From the NCBI GenBank assembly GCA_947588655.1, contig CANPYS010000002.1, positions 11,912-75,911 of the forward strand: a stretch of DNA of 64,000 nucleotides, read 5' to 3'. Position numbers and translations under genes: made by a program. Shown in pieces: positions 60,861-64,000 of this stretch. This DNA is from an uncultured Alphaproteobacteria bacterium. GTDB lineage: Bacteria; Pseudomonadota; Alphaproteobacteria; RF32; CAG-239. Numbering within the stretch: the first letter of the stretch is position 1; every line of letters starts with the position of its first letter. The notes beneath the pieces are model-generated. The model made no database searches. It was not told where the DNA came from and was given only the letters and a program-made list of their open reading frames with translations.

Positions 60861-60978
60861 TTAATTTATGATTATTTTATGATTAAATCAAGAAGATTAT
60901 TACTTGACGAAATAATAAAAGCAGGTATAGATTCCAAGAAAGTCTAGTACTTTACTGCTGAATAGAAAGGAAAAGGAT

Positions 60979-61212
60979 ATGCAACAAAAACATACCCCGA
61001 TTACATGGGTCGTTGGTTCGGATTTAAACGCGCTTCTAAAAGAAGATGAAATTTTGGTTTTAGAATTACAAAATCAAAAAATAACTGGTCATGCTCAAAT
61101 TATGCGGCGTGATCAAATTCATACGGATGATGAAAAACTGCGTGCCGAGCTTGAAAAAAAGCCTGCTTATGTTTTAATAAACAAAGAGGCAATGCACTTG
61201 TGCTTTAAATAG
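60979..61212 (+). CDS. Hypothetical small protein (77 aa)
   Basis: AGGAAAAGGA RBS; MQQKHTPITWVVGSDLNALLKEDEILVLELQNQ…. Confidence 0.35.
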   Translation: MQQKHTPITWVVGSDLNALLKEDEILVLELQNQKITGHAQIMRRDQIHTDDEKLRAELEKKPAYVLINKEAMHLCFK

Positions 61213-61216
61213 GTTG

Positions 61217-61936
61217 TTATTGCAGCGGCGGAATATTAAGCTGAGCAATATTGCCGGGCTTGATTTTAACGCTGGAATAACGCATATTTCCTGTTTCAAT
61301 CACAAAGCGCTGACGACCGGTTAATTGTGACGCTAAGTCATAAAAATCGCGTCCGTTGAGGTCTTGCCGTTGCGGATTCATGACGTATAAAACACAGCCT
61401 TGTGTTTTTTCCGCCACACCGCAGCGACTCCGACCTTGCGGCACTTCCGGATTAATAACAACGCCTTGCAAGCCGTTGCGTACGACTTGTTCCGAGGAAA
61501 ACATCAATTTGCCGAAAATAAGCCCTACAAAAAAGCATCCGAGCAAGAGCGCCACAAACTTTTTAGCGTCAAGCCGCGCCATAAACATATCAAACGATGT
61601 TTGATGTTCATAATACGATTCGTTGTCGTATTCATCAGGCTGTTGTGCATAATTTTCGTTATAAGAAGAAACAGGCGCGCGGTTAATTGCGGGTGGTTGT
61701 ATTCCAGCGCTTTGCCCCTGAGATTGAGCGTTTTGCGCCGTATTTACAACAGAAGCCCCCGAAACAGGCTGATTATAATCTGTAATTGGACCCTGATGCG
61801 TTTTCGGGCGCTTGATTTTTCTTAATCTCGGCATATTAGAATTATCAGAATCTTGAAACCAGCCGCCTTGTTCAGCGGTTTGTGTGTTATTTGTTCCCGA
61901 TTCGTTTTTATTTTCAAAATCAGCCATTTGTTTCAC
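61217..61936 (-). CDS. Bitopic membrane protein (N/Q-rich cytoplasmic N-terminus, one TM, ~90-aa periplasmic domain) downstream of a secretin-like gene
   Basis: TM FVALLLGCFFVGLIFGKLMF; starts 2 nt after the stop of the upstream lipoprotein gene. Confidence 0.5.
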   Translation of the reverse strand: MKQMADFENKNESGTNNTQTAEQGGWFQDSDNSNMPRLRKIKRPKTHQGPITDYNQPVSGASVVNTAQNAQSQGQSAGIQPPAINRAPVSSYNENYAQQPDEYDNESYYEHQTSFDMFMARLDAKKFVALLLGCFFVGLIFGKLMFSSEQVVRNGLQGVVINPEVPQGRSRCGVAEKTQGCVLYVMNPQRQDLNGRDFYDLASQLTGRQRFVIETGNMRYSSVKIKPGNIAQLNIPPLQ

Positions 61937-61938
61937 CT

Positions 61939-63201
61939 TTAAAGATTATTTTTAATTTCTTCCGTTGTTTCCATGGTGCGGATAATGCGGGGCACCATAA
62001 AAATGACCGTTTCCGAACGAGTCTCTTCATTGCCGAAAAGCTCGTTAGGCAACCCGATAATCATAAAGTTTTCGCCAAGTTTGTTGCGCACCTTAAAGCG
62101 CGTGACTTGTCCTTGCGTTGTTTCAAGCGTAATTTCAGAGCTTATGTGATTATCATCAGATACATCCGCTTTGGCAAGAATAGACATATCCGATTCGGCG
62201 CAACGCATTTTGCCGCATTTGCCGACATCAAAGCGCGAAAGCCACAAGTTGGGCGAAACAAACTTGCCCTCTGCCACGGGCACAATCCGCGCATTGCGTC
62301 CTAAAAAGCGGCTCAAGTTTTCAAGACTAAGCTCGTTGGTGGTGGTTAAAACCCTGCCAATAACGCCTGTTTGGGCGGTTGTGATTGTGCCAAAATCAAA
62401 CGTATCAAGCAAATTTTTCCACTCAATGTCGCAACCATCGTTCGGAATAATTTTGATAATACCCACGTCATAAGCCACCAACGATGGATTCGTTTTAAAA
62501 TATTCAATCAGATTGACAATGTTGTTCTGAACTTCAACATCGGCATTAAACATAATGGAATAATCCGCCCAGTTGGTTGTCATATCCGTAATGCCCGCGC
62601 CCCGCAACACATCAAGAATAGCAAGCATAATAGGGCGCGAATGTGGCGTAAAGAGCAACAAATCAACCCGACGCGAAAGTGTCATGACTTTGTTTTCGGC
62701 ATTGTAAGTATAAAAAATTTCAGCGGCTTGGGTAATCATATCCACAACATCGGCAAATTCGCCACGGAGATTATCGCCTGAAATGCTTTCGTAAGGCGCG
62801 TCTTTGGCAACAAGCTTAATGCCTGCCTCGTCGGTTAATTGCAAAAGGGCTTGCTCGGCGGGCTGTGTTTCAAACGTAAAGCCCGTAACCTCAAAGCGGG
62901 GCAAGGGGTCATTGCGCGAGGCGCGAACAAGCTTAAAAGAATTGTTAAAAGGGAGCGTTAAAAGCATTTGTTGCGTTTCCCAATTCACATTGCAACGAAG
63001 TGGCGTTTCCAAATCAAGCGCGTTGGCGCCATCAGGGGTGCGAATAGCGCTCTCGCCCATGGGATAAACGGCGTCTGCGTCATATTGCGGGGGCAAAACA
63101 ACTTCAGGCTCTTTCTTAAAATATTGACAGCCGAATAATAAAATTAAACTGCAAAAAAACAAAATCTGTTGGACAGCATGTTTCATTTTAATTTTCTCCA
63201 C
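61939..63201 (-). CDS. Outer-membrane lipoprotein with a secretin-like C-terminal domain (second, smaller secretin-family protein)
   Basis: Probable start 63186 (MKHAVQQILFFCSLILLFGCQ: lipobox LLFGC), coupled TAAAATG to the upstream gene. N0/N1-like segments (…ALLQLTDEAGIKLVAKD…); C-terminal …KVRNKLGENFMIIGLPNELFGNEETRSETVIFMVPRIIR resembling the secretin C-terminus. Confidence 0.5.
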   Translation of the reverse strand: MEKIKMKHAVQQILFFCSLILLFGCQYFKKEPEVVLPPQYDADAVYPMGESAIRTPDGANALDLETPLRCNVNWETQQMLLTLPFNNSFKLVRASRNDPLPRFEVTGFTFETQPAEQALLQLTDEAGIKLVAKDAPYESISGDNLRGEFADVVDMITQAAEIFYTYNAENKVMTLSRRVDLLLFTPHSRPIMLAILDVLRGAGITDMTTNWADYSIMFNADVEVQNNIVNLIEYFKTNPSLVAYDVGIIKIIPNDGCDIEWKNLLDTFDFGTITTAQTGVIGRVLTTTNELSLENLSRFLGRNARIVPVAEGKFVSPNLWLSRFDVGKCGKMRCAESDMSILAKADVSDDNHISSEITLETTQGQVTRFKVRNKLGENFMIIGLPNELFGNEETRSETVIFMVPRIIRTMETTEEIKNNL

Positions 63202-63787
63202 TTTCGGTCTTTAGGGCATCAGGTTTAATTTCCGGTGCTTTAGGCTCGCTTGGTGTAAAAGGTTCTTCAGGGGCAATTTGTGGCGCATTTTCAGAAGATT
63301 CTTCTGCTTCTTGATTTTCTTTTGCCTGTTGTTCGTTTAAAAGTTTGTTGACAATGTCATCCATACTCATACCCGCGCCAACAGTCGGGTCAACTGACTT
63401 ATCAACCTCGCCCAAAGCCTCTTTCATTTTATTAAGCTCCTGTGGATCTTGCTTAAGCATTTCAGGCGAAGAATTGTTGCGCAACTCTTCCTGATAAAGA
63501 TTAAGGTTGTCTTCAAGTGCTTTAATGCCGCCGGCAATCTTTTTTTCAACATATGGATGCAAAGCGGGTGTGCTTAAAATATGGTTGCCCGTATCGCAAA
63601 TTTCTTCCAACACATCTAAAATATAGCCATAAAACGGATATTCTTCCATAGCGATATTGCCCATGCGGACACATCTAGCGGCGATTCGCGAAATGGTGCG
63701 GTCGTAATAATCCCTTAAAACGAGGTAATTATCAACATACCAAAGTTCGTCTTTACGAACTGAAACAGGCTTATCATCAGCGCTCAT
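63188..63787 (-). CDS. Hypothetical cytoplasmic protein with an acidic disordered tail, first gene seen of the second secretin locus
   Basis: AGGAG RBS upstream of ATG 63787; 199 aa; no TM. Confidence 0.45.
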   Translation of the reverse strand: MSADDKPVSVRKDELWYVDNYLVLRDYYDRTISRIAARCVRMGNIAMEEYPFYGYILDVLEEICDTGNHILSTPALHPYVEKKIAGGIKALEDNLNLYQEELRNNSSPEMLKQDPQELNKMKEALGEVDKSVDPTVGAGMSMDDIVNKLLNEQQAKENQEAEESSENAPQIAPEEPFTPSEPKAPEIKPDALKTESGEN

Positions 63788-63872
63788 CTTTTTACTCCTA
63801 TTTTTTAGAATAAATAAGAGTTGTACGTTTGTAAATCAATTTTTTACAGATTTTTACAGGCAAAATAAGTTT

Positions 63873-64000
63873 TTATGACGATTTTGGCTGATTAGGGTCT
63901 GAACCGTCGTCTTCAACATAAGCCCATTCCCAATCTTCGTCGTTATTTTCTGCCGATTCGGCAGGTTTACTCTCAGAGTTTGACCCATCGTCTTCAACAT
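63873..64000 (-). CDS. C-terminal end of an ORF with acidic VEDDGS(N/D) repeats (runs off the window)
   Basis: …VEDDGSNSESKPAESAENNDEDWEWAYVEDDGSDPNQPKSS*; stop at 63875-63873. Confidence 0.3.
   Translation of the reverse strand, partial: VEDDGSNSESKPAESAENNDEDWEWAYVEDDGSDPNQPKSS

Overview
This 64-kb window is from the chromosome of a low-GC alphaproteobacterium with Rhizobiales-like synteny. It holds an origin-proximal housekeeping block (rho, coaE-dnaQ, mnmE-mnmG-rsmG-parA-parB) followed by recX, hslO, rpe, phoB, ruvC, the atpIBEFF' operon, dsbA-like, xerD, aroK-rph-rdgB, addB-addA-trxA, eno, rnpB RNA, lpxC-bamD-recN, rnd, aspS and ligA. All calls are from reading motifs by eye; no searches were run.

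Most noteworthy findings:
- A roughly 12-kb type IVb pilus locus (30891-43013) sits between trxA and a dCMP-deaminase/eno pair. Gene order mirrors the IncI1 R64 / PAPI-1 thin-pilus operon: PilL-like lipoprotein, lipoprotein secretin, PilO-like bitopic protein, PilP-like protein, GspE-family ATPase, GspF-family platform, small pilin-like ORF. A LuxR-type response regulator heads it and a convergent PilT/BfpF-like ATPase follows it. No prepilin peptidase and no canonical pilin is visible.
- A second, partial secretin-containing locus lies at the 3' edge of the window (61217-64000).
- Three identical 20-bp parS palindromes are embedded in mnmE, mnmG and rsmG, each encoding NVSRETL.
- A 15-bp minisatellite (aatttagaaaatgct) has expanded in frame into pentapeptide (NLENA) repeats inside dnaQ and addA. 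A two-unit remnant lies after eno.
- An Hsp20 gene carries an in-frame TAA.
- A CoaD-like nucleotidyltransferase is fused to an HD-like domain.
- A low-GC two-gene insertion separates addA from trxA.
- A Fic-type wHTH gene remnant sits in an AT-rich junction.
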